A stretch of DNA of 64,000 nucleotides, taken from Lingula anatina (taxonomy: Eukaryota > Animalia > Brachiopoda). Below the pieces are notes generated by a model. It did not search any database. It worked only from the letters and a program-made list of their open reading frames with translations, and was not told the DNA's origin. The stretch is from the NCBI GenBank assembly GCA_051362555.1, contig CM120645.1:19592001-19656000 (forward strand), written 5' to 3'. Position 1 is the stretch's first letter, and each line of letters starts with the position of its first letter. Positions 23,335-35,231 of the stretch are shown one piece after another. Position numbers and translations under genes: made by a program.

Positions 23335-26300
23335 CTAGCCATTGTCAACAATATTGCGGACGCTGCTGTTTGCAGTCAGAGGACCCATCTCAAGCTGTTC
23401 TTCCTCCAACACTTCCTATTATGACAAAAAGCGCTGCATATAATTAGTCTGTTAACTATACATATATCTATATATGTTTACAGAATATAAATTCCATCTT
23501 TTTTCATTAGATACATGTAGGTTAGAGAGTCGTTAACTTATACATGTACAAATTGCTTGAAGTTCGTGAAGGTTCACAAAAAGGAACCAGGGAGTAATTA
23601 CTTTATTAGAAACGGTCAGTGTAATAAATCAAGGCTTTACCTGAGCAATGTCTAAAATGGGAGAGGTGACCACGTCGGTTGGGAAATTATTCACGTAATA
23701 GTCACACAGCCATCTGCATTTAAAAAAATGAATATAAAATTATAATAGATATATAGACAAATGAATATAGTGAATGGATGAAGAAAATAGATTAAATACA
23801 AAAATAATAATAAATAAAAAATATAAATAAATAAATGTCAGATCTGGCTTAAAAAGTTGTTAGTTATAGGGAGTCTTGCAGGAAGAAAAAAACATTGATG
23901 AAATTCGTACCGATGACTTAAAAGGCCAGTCATGCTGTCAATTCTTTGGTCCACTTCGCTGAAATAAAACAGAGAGAGATGGTTTGATCTGTGCTGAAAG
24001 TTCAATATGAGACTAAGCAGGGACAATGGAAACTGAAGACAAATGATGTCTACGAAGTTAACATGACTTATTTTGAAAAGTGCATTGTGTACTTTTGTGT
24101 CTTTAGACAGGCAAATGCTTACGAAGCTAGTGATGGAATTGTTCACGACATTTCATTTAATTATTCACTGCACATATTCATGTAGTTGTATGTCATGAAG
24201 TAGTATTACCTACCATACTAATCTATCAATCAGATCCCTGAAGACAGGTTCTGTATCTGTGTAGATGATGGTGCCTTGGAGGATTTTCATTCTGGCTTCT
24301 GCTCTGGTCGGCAATTCAGTCCAAAGTGGGTGTCTAAATAAATCGACCAAAATTTATTGCTGTCTTCCAACACTTCCTACTGTTCTAAAATTCTAAGGTA
24401 TTTTTTAGAAAAAATTACTGGCTACATTCTAATTTTCCAGTTCATACCACTAGCAACTCTAAAGAAGGGGGCCGTGTCATATTTCTATCAGAACTATTGG
24501 CATGAATAACAGTTCTGTCATGATTTACATAGCTGTATCCTTTTCATTACCTTCCCTCCATAAGTTCAAACAACATGACACCCAATGCGTAGAAATCGGC
24601 TCTCCACGAGGCGGCGCCACCCCTCAGTACCTCTGGTGTCATGTTTTTATAGAGTGTGAAGTTCATAAATTGCACCGCATGAATACTCTCTCCGGCATCA
24701 TTTAGAGGGTGAACAGATCCTAGATCACACTGAAAGAAAATAATCCGCATTTGAAATTTGAATAAAAAGGGAATGTGGTTGCCAAAATGAAAGTGTTGAT
24801 TACATCCAAAATTTTTTTTTTCAAAACAAAACCATATTTTTATCAGTCATAAAAATGTATTAATTCAAATTATGACACATCGGTGACACATGAATAATCA
24901 TTTTATGTACGTAAAGAAGCGAGTCTTAGCGAAGAGCGAGACGGTATTCAAAATTAGGCCCGACTCAGGAACATCAAGGCGAGAAGAGAAAAATAACCTG
25001 AAAAAATCGAACATCTTACCAGTTTAGGGACCCCGTGTAGACTAACCAACACGTTGTTCGTTTTTAAATCAAAATGGGCTACATTCCGTTGGTGCAGGTG
25101 CCCAATAGCCATACAGACGCACGTGGCAATATATTTCACCATATGAACAGGAACTTCGTCCCTAAGAAATAAACAAATGCAACTGTCAGTATTATATTCA
25201 GGTCAATATTAAAGGAAATAATATTTTGTTGAATAACAAATTTACTGTGAAATAGATATTTTTTATGATCGTACAAGATAAAATCGGAAAAAAATGAAAG
25301 TATTATTTAAAGAAAAGAAAGTAATATAATTACTTACAAGAAAGTTTCCCAATACTCTTGGAGAATTTCAAGGTCCATCGGACACAATTCCGATAGTAGA
25401 ACGGGAAACCCAGGCCTAACATCAAATGAGTGAACGAGTCTGGAACGGAAATTTCTCATATCATAATGAGTTAAACTAAATCGGATGAAATAAATAAGTT
25501 CAATCTGTAGGCCTACAGCGTAATTTTTCATTATAATCATAATAATTGAAATTTTACAGTTACAGTTTATGACGTTTATATCCATCCAGTATGTACTGGT
25601 ACTCATTAAATTTAACATAATGATGTTGTGCAAGATGCTGATTGTTGTATGTGTCAAACATTTAACGAGGTGAAGAGATTATTACTTGGTGATGCATAAA
25701 GGACATGCGTGTTTCATAGGTATCCAAGCTTACAAATTAACCAACATATTAAATTGTTTGTATTCATCTGATAAAATACCTTAAGATAAATTTGCTGTCT
25801 ATCCTCTTCATAAAAGAAACTTCCCTGTAGATGGACCTTGCATAGGCCTCAGAGGTAGGCACCTTCAGTGCTAGGTTGTTTTTAAACTAAATATAAAATA
25901 TTTCGAACGGTTACTGGGATGTCACATCCGTAAACAATAATAGCAAAGATAAACTGGTAACATTACTACATAACTTAATATAACATAAATATATTTTGTT
26001 CTGCTGCTACTACTTTCAAATCTAATACTATAATTACTGTCATGACTGTGTGTACTTATGCTACTACTACTATTGCTACTCCCGCTATCCCAGTATCACT
26101 TTAGTTTGTTTTATCATGATAAGTTCAATACCTTGTACACTGAACCGAATCCTCCACCTCCCAAAATCGGAAGCATCGTGTCTTCCTTCCAAAAAAGCGC
26201 CCGAACCTTAAACAATGAAGATAGGGAAATTGATAAAAAGTGTACCTAATATTGAAATAGATACTTAAATAAAACGGCCCGATTACTTTCAAAACTAAGC

Positions 26301-26517
26301 TTTAAAGACGCTCATTTTGATTAATAAGAAACTAAGTTATAAATATCTGTGCGGGGGTGAAGTACAGATATATTGATACCAACAGTTGAGTTTTTGATTT
26401 TTGTTCTGCTAAAAAGCAATATCTTACCTCGTTCTCGAGTCTGAATATTTCTCTGTGAAAAATGTACATGTAACTGTATTTCATGCCTAAAAAGGCTAAA
26501 TGCGACGCAACTATCAT
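23335..26517 (-). CDS. Non-RD Ser/Thr kinase, copy 2 (apparently intact, 10 exons)
   Basis: Same exons and splice sites as copy 1; few substitutions (e.g. YRE, EPVF, VPVHM). Confidence 0.85.
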
Positions 26518-27241
26518 TGCGTATCGTCTATTTTACTCAAAAGAAAATCGCTGTATTCACTTTGCTTGCGCGCAGCATATCTCCAATAGCTTTTGTGCTA
26601 CCTGGTAACGTCAGCACGGGCAAATGACGTCACAATATGTTTTACCTTTTAAGGATATATATCTATCACGTGAAATACGCATGCGCCTTAAATGGGAAAT
26701 GGGCATTTTTTCATGATAAAATTTATAAGGTTGAAAGTAGGCCTATATTGTTACTGCCCAAAGCAGCAAATGATTTTGATAAACGCAATATTCTATACCG
26801 ACTTGTAACTTGCTTTCAGGTGAAATACGCCTTCGATTTGAAGAAACGTTGAAATTCTCTGTTTAAAAGAAAAAAAAACATGGGGTTTTTGTTTAACGGT
26901 GCTTTGGTAGGCTTATCTTTTTTTAATAGGCTTAAATGAAAGGGGTTAGGCTAAATATAAACACGTTTGACATAAAAGTCAATATAGATCATAAGATATG
27001 AAATTAATTATGTCGTGTATATTGAAAGTGTGGAGAATACGGCTCCAGAGTGGTAGGCCTAGAAGGAAAGTTTACTTTTGCGGGAAATAATGACATGGTG
27101 TAGGCCTAAATTTCAAATAATAAAAAGTGCAACATGACCATTAGATCTAGTTTCTTTGTGAAACGCTCTCTGTTGGCTACGTTGCAGTAGGCTTTCATAA
27201 GTCAACTAGTTCTTTCTAAGCATTTGTTCTACTACCTTTAG

Positions 27242-27445
27242 GTTCTGGTGGGTTCCCACAAGGCCGGACGCCAGAATCATCACAGAGTTGGGGGCCAGAA
27301 CGGCATTGATGAAGAACGAATCGAGCACCTGGCCAAAGTTTGCCCGTTGAAGTACGTGGAGTTAGAGCCTGGTAAGGGTGTCCTTATCTTAACACAAATA
27401 AATTCACCTTATTCACACCCACCCACCCACAAACACACACACACG

Positions 27446-27487
<42 letters not shown>

Positions 27488-28573
27488 TGCACACACGTAG
27501 ATTATGTCAAAATCGGTCGGAAACGATTCAGTTGGAATATTCAAACAGTACTTAAGTGCCAACTACCTCGTTTATTTCGGTCTTAAAACTAATGTATTTG
27601 TCTTGACTTTTTTTTTCTTTTTTACATACATCGCCTATTTGGTCACTTAAACTGAACATGTGCTACATGTACGTACTTGTGTATAAATTGCTCGTAAAAC
27701 CTTTATAGAACAATGTCGCATGGTCGATTTTACGCATTCGGGTATCTGTCAGGTATCTAGGTTTGACAGACATAATAAAGCCTTTTTATTGAAGTAGTTG
27801 AAATTTTAAAACAAACATATATTTCATTTTTGTTTCTTTTTGGAATAAATACATGTATATTTTTTGGAGCTTTTGGGGATAGCTTTGAAATAAAATGCTG
27901 GTCATCTATTGGGTAACTAAGTGAAATGTTGTCGGCGGTGGTCGTTCCTTGTTTCTTACAACACCAAGGAAAACAACCCGGTGTACGTTCATCATCATGC
28001 CCAGTACACGCCCTTAGATGTGGTACGTCAAGATATTCTGGTTTTTTTTTTTTTTTTTTTTTTTTAATAAAAATAACCTGGAAAGATTTTGGATAGTTCA
28101 CGAATATCAAACCTATTTCATGTTCACAGTTCGCAAACACGCTGCTCAATCATCAATTTTTATTGAATTCAGATAGAATCTGAATATGCAAGAATAAATT
28201 TAATTTATCGTTTGTACATTAATTTTACAAATTCCGCCATATATTTCATTTTTGTTTCTTTTTGGAATAAATACATGTATATTTTTTGGAGCTTTTGGGG
28301 ATAGCTTTGAAATAAAATGCTGGTCATCTATTGGGTAACTAAGTGAAATGTTGTTGTTTGAGAAATAAATGAGGAACCATAGTCATTTCCCTTACTTATA
28401 TAGGAGATGCTTTGATTTTCCACGCCAACTTGATCCATAAGAGCGACGCCAACAACAGTAAGAAGCGGCGGTGGTCGTTCCTTGTTTCTTACAACACCAA
28501 GGAAAACAACCCGGTGTACGTTCATCATCATGCCCAGTACACGCCCTTAGATGTGGTACGTCAAGATATTCTG

Positions 28574-28620
<47 letters not shown>

Positions 28621-29152
28621 AAAAATAACCTGGAAAGATTTTGGATAGTTCACGAATATCAAACCTATTTCATGTTCACAGTTCGCAAACACGCTGCTCA
28701 ATCATCAATTTTTATTGAATTCAGATAGAATCTGAATATGCAAGAATAAATTTAATTTATCGTTTGTACATTAATTTTACAAATTCCGCCATTAGGAGAG
28801 TTACAGGTGTTACCACCAGTTTAATTGCTAATTCAAATCAGATAATACCAGAGTACTCTAACAGCATCATTTATGGTAAGAATTCAATTATTTTCATAGA
28901 GGCAAAACGTGTTTTCACGTAGGAAATAGTCCTTTTACACTCCGTCTAATAGCGTTGATCACATGACTGACTCGTGATTGACAATCCTTTTTAACTAACG
29001 TCATTTCTATGTTGTAGGTTCCTAATTCCGCCATTAAAGCCTGCGCCAACTTCACAGACATGACGGGGAAGGAATTTCTGGACCCGTCCATTGACAAGAC
29101 CGTCATCGCAGATAAAAGTAACCCTGTGAAAATACCAAAGACTAAAGAATAA
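27242..29152 (+). CDS. Dioxygenase 3' cassette 2 (exons 27242-27371, 28404-28555, 29018-29152), with no 5' exons of its own
   Basis: Intact reading frame and GT-AG sites; variants IFHAN, SKKR, KIPKTKE*. Confidence 0.7.
27816..28789. repeat. Local tandem duplication around the LIH exon; the first copy (27816-28237) is internally deleted and lacks the acceptor
   Basis: catatatttcatttttg...aattccgc occurs twice with CAT microhomology at the junction; the first copy jumps from gaaatgttgt to cggcggtggtcg. Confidence 0.85.
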
Positions 29153-29371
29153 TCCTTTGAAGTGAAGGAAAACAAAAATCAAAGCGAAGTTAATTTTTTT
29201 AAACATTTGACTAAAATTATATGGCAGAATCAGGAGCATAGGCAGCTACTTTTAAAGAGTGGAAGGAGGGTTCAAAATAACGAGGGCGACAAAAAATATT
29301 TGCTTGAAATTCAATATCGGTTGACTTAATGTTTTAATGATTTATTTTAATTTTTAACATATAGCTTAAAG

Positions 29372-29406
<35 letters not shown>

Positions 29407-29853
29407 TACCCATTTTACAGAGGAATGCCATTGAACATAACAATTTTTACATTAAATCCTGAAATATTAATGAGACAATATGCAAATTTCTATGTCCTAG
29501 AGTATTGTACCTCCTCTTACAAATCTTAAGTATTTTATAAACAAGAAAGTCAGGTTAATGAAGTCTAGTATTTTTGAAATCAATAAATCATAGCAATCAA
29601 TAAATATCTATATAAAGGTATACAAAACAGATTTGTTCAAAGTGAGTGTGCAGGAAGGAAGAATGATGATTAAAACTAATATGAATTACGTATACTTTTC
29701 TTTCAGTATTTAAATTAGCAAAAACAAAAACATCACAGCACCTCTATAAAGTGGGTTTATATATAAACACATATTGACATGGACAAGACATAGGACACCT
29801 TTCACTCACTCATTCATTCATATAGTAACAAGTCATTAATATACATGTATTAA

Positions 29854-32800
29854 TTATATTTCCAAAGTTATGTGATTCAAATATAGCCCCCACTTTTTTT
29901 CAAATTTTTGAAGACAATTATTTCTCTGAGAAATTTGTTTTTCTACTTTGCAATAATATTGTATTTCAAATTTCAAACTATCCAGGCATGGCAGATTCTT
30001 TCTCATTTTTTGTTTATAAATATGTAATCTTGCTAATGCAATAAACAGATTAAGCAGTTTATACTTTTTCCCAATTTTTCCAAAAATAATATCTACTGGA
30101 CTAAGATCTATATTGAATTGATGTAATTCACTTATCCATCCACAAAAAGATGTCCAGAAGGTATTAACATAATCACATGCTACAAAAAGATGGAGCAATG
30201 ACTCTATCTCTACATTACAAAAGTCACATTTGTCCTCATTTACCAACCTAATTTTTTTTAGATAGCAATTTGTACTCAATATCCGATGAATAAGTCTATA
30301 ATGGAACCATCTTAGCTTTACATCAATTGTGACAAAGAAAATAGATGAATAATATTTTTTCCATAGTTCGTTATCTGCCGTGAAATTAAGATCTCTTTCC
30401 CATTTATATTCACTTGACAATTTCGATTGAGTTGTAGATAAAAAAACATTGTAAAATTCTTTTGCTCCTTTCTTACTTTTATTCAGCCAGTAAAATAATA
30501 TTGGTTGAGAAGGCAGTTGTTGCAAAGAGTTTATGATAGAATTAATAGTCCATTCACTCAAAATAGCATTTCTTAAACCCATAAAAATTGTAAAGGCCGG
30601 TCTGAAGTTGTATTTAATACAGAATTCGTCATAGGATAGAAAGTTTCCATCTTCCTTTATCAAATCCTGAATGACCATTATCCTTTTCCTTATCCACGTT
30701 TTATACAAAATAGGTTTATTTTCAATTCTAATCCTGAAATTCAACCATAAAGGGTTCTGAGAACATACATTTAAATCATCATCGATAATTGTTTTAAATT
30801 CATACAATGCCATAAGAGCATCTTTCCAAAAATTATTATTATTATCATTTGCAAATTCTTTTAGATTCCAGTTTCCATACACTAAAAAAGTCTCACAAAA
30901 GTTTGGCATCATTGACTTTAAAACTAATTTTTTCCAAGAGGAGTCACCTTCCAACAATCTTCTAAACCATGTAATTTTCATAGATTTTAGTAAGAAAGAT
31001 AAATGTGGCATTTTCAGTCCCCCATGACAATAATCTTGCACAATCGTATTCCTTGATACCCTGTCATTTTTATTGTTCCAAATGAATTTGAAAAATAGCT
31101 TTTCTAAGGATTTAATAATTTCAGCTGATGGATTGGGCAAACTTAGAAAATAATGGATGAGTTTGGGGATTAATATTGTTTTAACTACTGTAATTCTCCC
31201 TATCACTGTAAGCATGCGCTTAGACCAATATGAAATGAGTTTCTTTATTTCTTCGATTTTGCCCTTATAATTTAAAGTAATCATATCTTTTAAGTTGAGA
31301 CTAAAGACAACTCCAAGAACAGTGAAAGGTTCTGAAGTCCAGGATATATTATATTCTGGACATAGTTTTTCTGAATTGTTTATTTTACTTCCAATCCAAA
31401 TACACTGTGTCTTCTCAATATTTGGCATAAGGCCAGAAAACTTTGAGTACTGCTGTATAATATTTAAACATGACTTTAGCGAATTTTCATTGCCATCCAA
31501 TAATATAACCGTATCATCAGCATATTGCATAATTTTGTATGATTCATCCCCTAGATCAATACCTTTTATATCCGCCTGATTCCGAATCATTATACCCATG
31601 ATTTCAGCACACAACAAAAACAAGTACGGTGAGATTGGGTCACCCTGGCGGCAGCCACGTCCTATGTTAAAAAATTTACTAAATATTCCATTTTGAATAA
31701 CACAAAGTTCAAATCCATTAAAAATCAGCTCTATCCACTTTTTGTATTTTGGCCCAAAATTAAATAAGTCTAGTGTTTTAAAAAGAAATTTCCATGAAAC
31801 AGAATCGAATGCCTTTTGAAAATCAACCAATAAAACCATCCCTGGGATATTATTTTCTTCTGTAAACTGCAAAATATCATAAAGTAGTCTAGTATTCTCA
31901 CCAATATATCTTCCTGAAATAAATCCTTTTTGGTTTTCGTGTATCAAATCATCTAAGACTGTTTTGATTTTATTTGCTAAGACTCCTGCCAGTATTTTAT
32001 ATGTTATATTAAGCAGGGAAATTGGTCGCCAGTTCCTGAGGTATTCCCTGGGCTTATCCCCTTTGGGTAGTATAGATATTATCCCTTGTTTTTGTGATAT
32101 TGACAGATGACCTATATCAAAGCTATGCAAATAAGACCTGTATAGAAAAAATCTAATGTCATTCCAGAAGAACTTAAAAAATTCAGCTGTAAACCCATCA
32201 GGGCCTGGTGACTTATCATTACTCATTTTATGGAGAGATTTATGTATATCATCTAGTGTTATATCTTCATCTAAAGCTTGCCTTTGGTTATCCCTTAATG
32301 TTGGAATATTTAAATCTTGAAACATTTCATACAAGTTAACATCGTCTAGATTATCATCCTGTGATCGATATAAATCTTTGTAGAAAGTTTCGATTTCTCC
32401 TAATATTAATTTCTGATCATTTATTTCCTGTCCATCTGTGTTTATCAATTTACGTATGTTTTTATTTATATAATTTCTCTTTTCTAAGCTACAGAAATAT
32501 TTTGTTGCCTTTTCTCCATCTTCAATCCATTTTGATCTACTACGTAATAAAAGTCCTTTCAGTTCATTTTTTCTTATTTCTTCCAGTTGTAATTGTAAAT
32601 CACTCTTCACTTCCATCAACGTTTCACTATGATCGAAATCTGTTAACTCTTGTATGATTTTTATTTGATTTTCTATAGATTTTTTAATTTTCGATGATTC
32701 TCTTTTCTTTTTAGAACAGTAGGAAATAGTCATACCTCTAATGTTCATTAATAACATTTCTAAAAACATTGCATCATCACAAGAAAAACATAATTCCATC

Positions 32801-33675
32801 TCCGAGATGCTATTAATGGCATCCAAATTATATGGTAGAAGGGCATAATCCTTTTTTGTTTCCTCTATTACTTGTTTTACCTTTTTGACATATTCCAAAT
32901 CTTTCAAGACCGAGTTATTAAACCTCCAAAAGCCTGCTCCTTTTGTCTGTTCATTTATTTGCACCTCTAATGAAATATAAGCATGATCTGTTCTATATCC
33001 AGGATTTATCTCTGCCTTTTGTACCAAGTTCATGATCTCTCTAGTTATAAGAAAATAGTCTAATCTTGCTTTTTTGGTAGGATTTCTCCTAAACCATGTA
33101 TATCGTTTAGTATTATGATTTTTTATTCTCCATGGATCAACTAGGTTATGTTTACTTTTCAAATCATGCATAGCTTCTCTGGCCCTGGGATTATTTACAT
33201 TATCTGAATAGTTAAATGTGTCTAAGTTAACATCTTGAGTCATATTCCAATCTCCGCATATTATATTAAAATCCGTGTCATAATTCTCTAAATCTGATGC
33301 AAGCTTAGAGAAGAAATTTGGAGAGTCACTATTTGGTCCGTAAATATTTACAAGATTCACCTCAAAATTTTTTTCAATATTCATTCTTAACGAAATAAAA
33401 TTACCGATATTATCAGTTTGCACACTTTGTACTTTATATTCTATTTTGTTGTTTAAAAGAACTGCGACACCTCTCGAGTCAGTCCTACCAGGACTTATAA
33501 AACATTCATAGCCCCACTGACTTCTTACATATGCATAATCTTTCTCTGAGAAATGTGTGTCTTGAAGGCAATAAATATCAAATTGTTTTTCTCTCAAGAA
33601 TTTGAACACGTCTTTCCTCTTTTTAACATCCTGGAGGCCTCTACAGTTCATTGACATTATTTTAAGATTATCCAT
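29854..33675 (-). CDS. LINE ORF2 (APE endonuclease, reverse transcriptase, C-terminal zinc finger), intact
   Basis: SMNCRGL, LQDTH, GDWN, RLDY, TDH (APE); KSPGPDG, WRPISLL, DFQKAFD, GCRQGDPISP, QYADD (RT); CDFC...HLFVAC. The likely start is MDNLK. Confidence 0.96.
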   Translation of the reverse strand: MDNLKIMSMNCRGLQDVKKRKDVFKFLREKQFDIYCLQDTHFSEKDYAYVRSQWGYECFISPGRTDSRGVAVLLNNKIEYKVQSVQTDNIGNFISLRMNIEKNFEVNLVNIYGPNSDSPNFFSKLASDLENYDTDFNIICGDWNMTQDVNLDTFNYSDNVNNPRAREAMHDLKSKHNLVDPWRIKNHNTKRYTWFRRNPTKKARLDYFLITREIMNLVQKAEINPGYRTDHAYISLEVQINEQTKGAGFWRFNNSVLKDLEYVKKVKQVIEETKKDYALLPYNLDAINSISEMELCFSCDDAMFLEMLLMNIRGMTISYCSKKKRESSKIKKSIENQIKIIQELTDFDHSETLMEVKSDLQLQLEEIRKNELKGLLLRSRSKWIEDGEKATKYFCSLEKRNYINKNIRKLINTDGQEINDQKLILGEIETFYKDLYRSQDDNLDDVNLYEMFQDLNIPTLRDNQRQALDEDITLDDIHKSLHKMSNDKSPGPDGFTAEFFKFFWNDIRFFLYRSYLHSFDIGHLSISQKQGIISILPKGDKPREYLRNWRPISLLNITYKILAGVLANKIKTVLDDLIHENQKGFISGRYIGENTRLLYDILQFTEENNIPGMVLLVDFQKAFDSVSWKFLFKTLDLFNFGPKYKKWIELIFNGFELCVIQNGIFSKFFNIGRGCRQGDPISPYLFLLCAEIMGIMIRNQADIKGIDLGDESYKIMQYADDTVILLDGNENSLKSCLNIIQQYSKFSGLMPNIEKTQCIWIGSKINNSEKLCPEYNISWTSEPFTVLGVVFSLNLKDMITLNYKGKIEEIKKLISYWSKRMLTVIGRITVVKTILIPKLIHYFLSLPNPSAEIIKSLEKLFFKFIWNNKNDRVSRNTIVQDYCHGGLKMPHLSFLLKSMKITWFRRLLEGDSSWKKLVLKSMMPNFCETFLVYGNWNLKEFANDNNNNFWKDALMALYEFKTIIDDDLNVCSQNPLWLNFRIRIENKPILYKTWIRKRIMVIQDLIKEDGNFLSYDEFCIKYNFRPAFTIFMGLRNAILSEWTINSIINSLQQLPSQPILFYWLNKSKKGAKEFYNVFLSTTQSKLSSEYKWERDLNFTADNELWKKYYSSIFFVTIDVKLRWFHYRLIHRILSTNCYLKKIRLVNEDKCDFCNVEIESLLHLFVACDYVNTFWTSFCGWISELHQFNIDLSPVDIIFGKIGKKYKLLNLFIALARLHIYKQKMRKNLPCLDSLKFEIQYYCKVEKQISQRNNCLQKFEKKWGLYLNHITLEI

Positions 33676-34267
33676 TATCCATTTTGATAAACAAACATAA
33701 TATAAATTGCAACATGGATATACATGCATTCACATCTGATGTACTTGTACTATTCCATTTATACAACTCACTTAAAACATGCACTCCCACACATACCCAC
33801 GCACACCACGAATATGTAAACCACATAAGTGAAATTATTTAACCGATAGACGTTCAAATATGCAGTATGTTCACATTATTCATAACAGAATATATAAATC
33901 TACACAGATCCTACATGACAGTGAATAATACAAATGAAATACTTTTTTTCCGTAAAATCAATGCCATTTTTTTAGACGCTTGTAACATTAGAGAAATCTT
34001 TTTTTGTAAAATAATAACACAGCTTGACTCACCTCATCTCAGTAGTGTGAATGATGAGCTAAACTGTACATACCACTGAACATTTTCTCCCTAGTCGAAG
34101 AATCTTAGTAAAGAAGACTGAATATATACCTTAAAACATTAATAATAGAAATAAGTAAGACAGATGGTAATAATTCTTAACATATATCTATATGCAGTCA
34201 CATTCATGCTAATTTTGCTAAGCAGTTTGCTTATGAGTTATTGTTCATATTATTTTTAATTGGTCCT

Positions 34268-35231
34268 TTAACTTTTTCTTAGTTTAAGTTTTTCATCCAA
34301 GTTATCACAAATGTCAATTTTCATCCTGTGACCATTTCCATTTTTCAGCTGACAGAAAACATTACAATTAAAAAACCAGGCTCTTTCTACCTCCTCATAC
34401 TGTTTGAGCTTGTTTAGGAGAGTCAAGTTTTTCAAGGTTATATCGTCAAACAGGCGCACACCAGACTGCAGTTCTTTCTTTTTCCTCATGATTGTTTTTT
34501 TTAATCTCAGTGTTTTTTAGTTTTACAATCACTGGTTTCGCCTGCCCCTGTTTGCCAGGTATACGGTGGATTGCTGTGATGTCCGTGGTAGGGATTTCAA
34601 GCTTCACCTCCTTTTTCAATAAGTTGGTAAACACCACACGGAGATTTTCATCCTTCTGTTCTGGCAAATTGATCACCCGTATGTTTGTTTTTCTGGAGTA
34701 TTGTTCATTATGATTACTAAGGCAAACGGCTTCTTTTGTAAAGTATTCATTTTGTTTAAGTCTTTCATTTAGATCTTTTGTCTCTCTATCTTTACCTCTT
34801 AGAACCTCTTTCAAATTATTGTTTTCCATCATGAGGCTATCAACCTGCTCTTGTAATTTTGCAGAGCGGTTTTCAGTCTCTACTTTCAGTTCCTCAACTT
34901 TTTGTTGAAACTTTGCTTCTAAATCAGACAACATGTGTTTTATTTCTGCTTGGAAGTTGTGAAGAAGCTTGTTCATTACACTAGAGACTGTTTTTTCCAG
35001 ATCATCTTTTTTAATGGTTTCCTGAATTTCGCTTTTTATTTCAGATAGTTCATTCATGAGTAACTGTATTTCATCGGAGCTTGAATTGGCCACCTCAGAA
35101 TGTGGTCTTTTTGGCTTTCCACCTGTTGTGTGTGATTTATTGTTTGCTTTCTCGCTGTCACATGTGAGGAACCTTGACATTGTTCTATTTTCTGCTTTAC
35201 TATGCTTAGATGCCATAGCCTTCTCACACAA
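34268..35231 (-). CDS. LINE ORF1 (coiled coil + L1-type RNA-binding region), with a 1-nt frameshift in an A8 run at 34495-34502
   Basis: EQYSRKTNIRVINLPE, AIHRIPG, KPVIVKL. Removing one A gives IKKTIMRKKKELQSGVRLFDDIT and joins ORF 34268-34489. Confidence 0.85.
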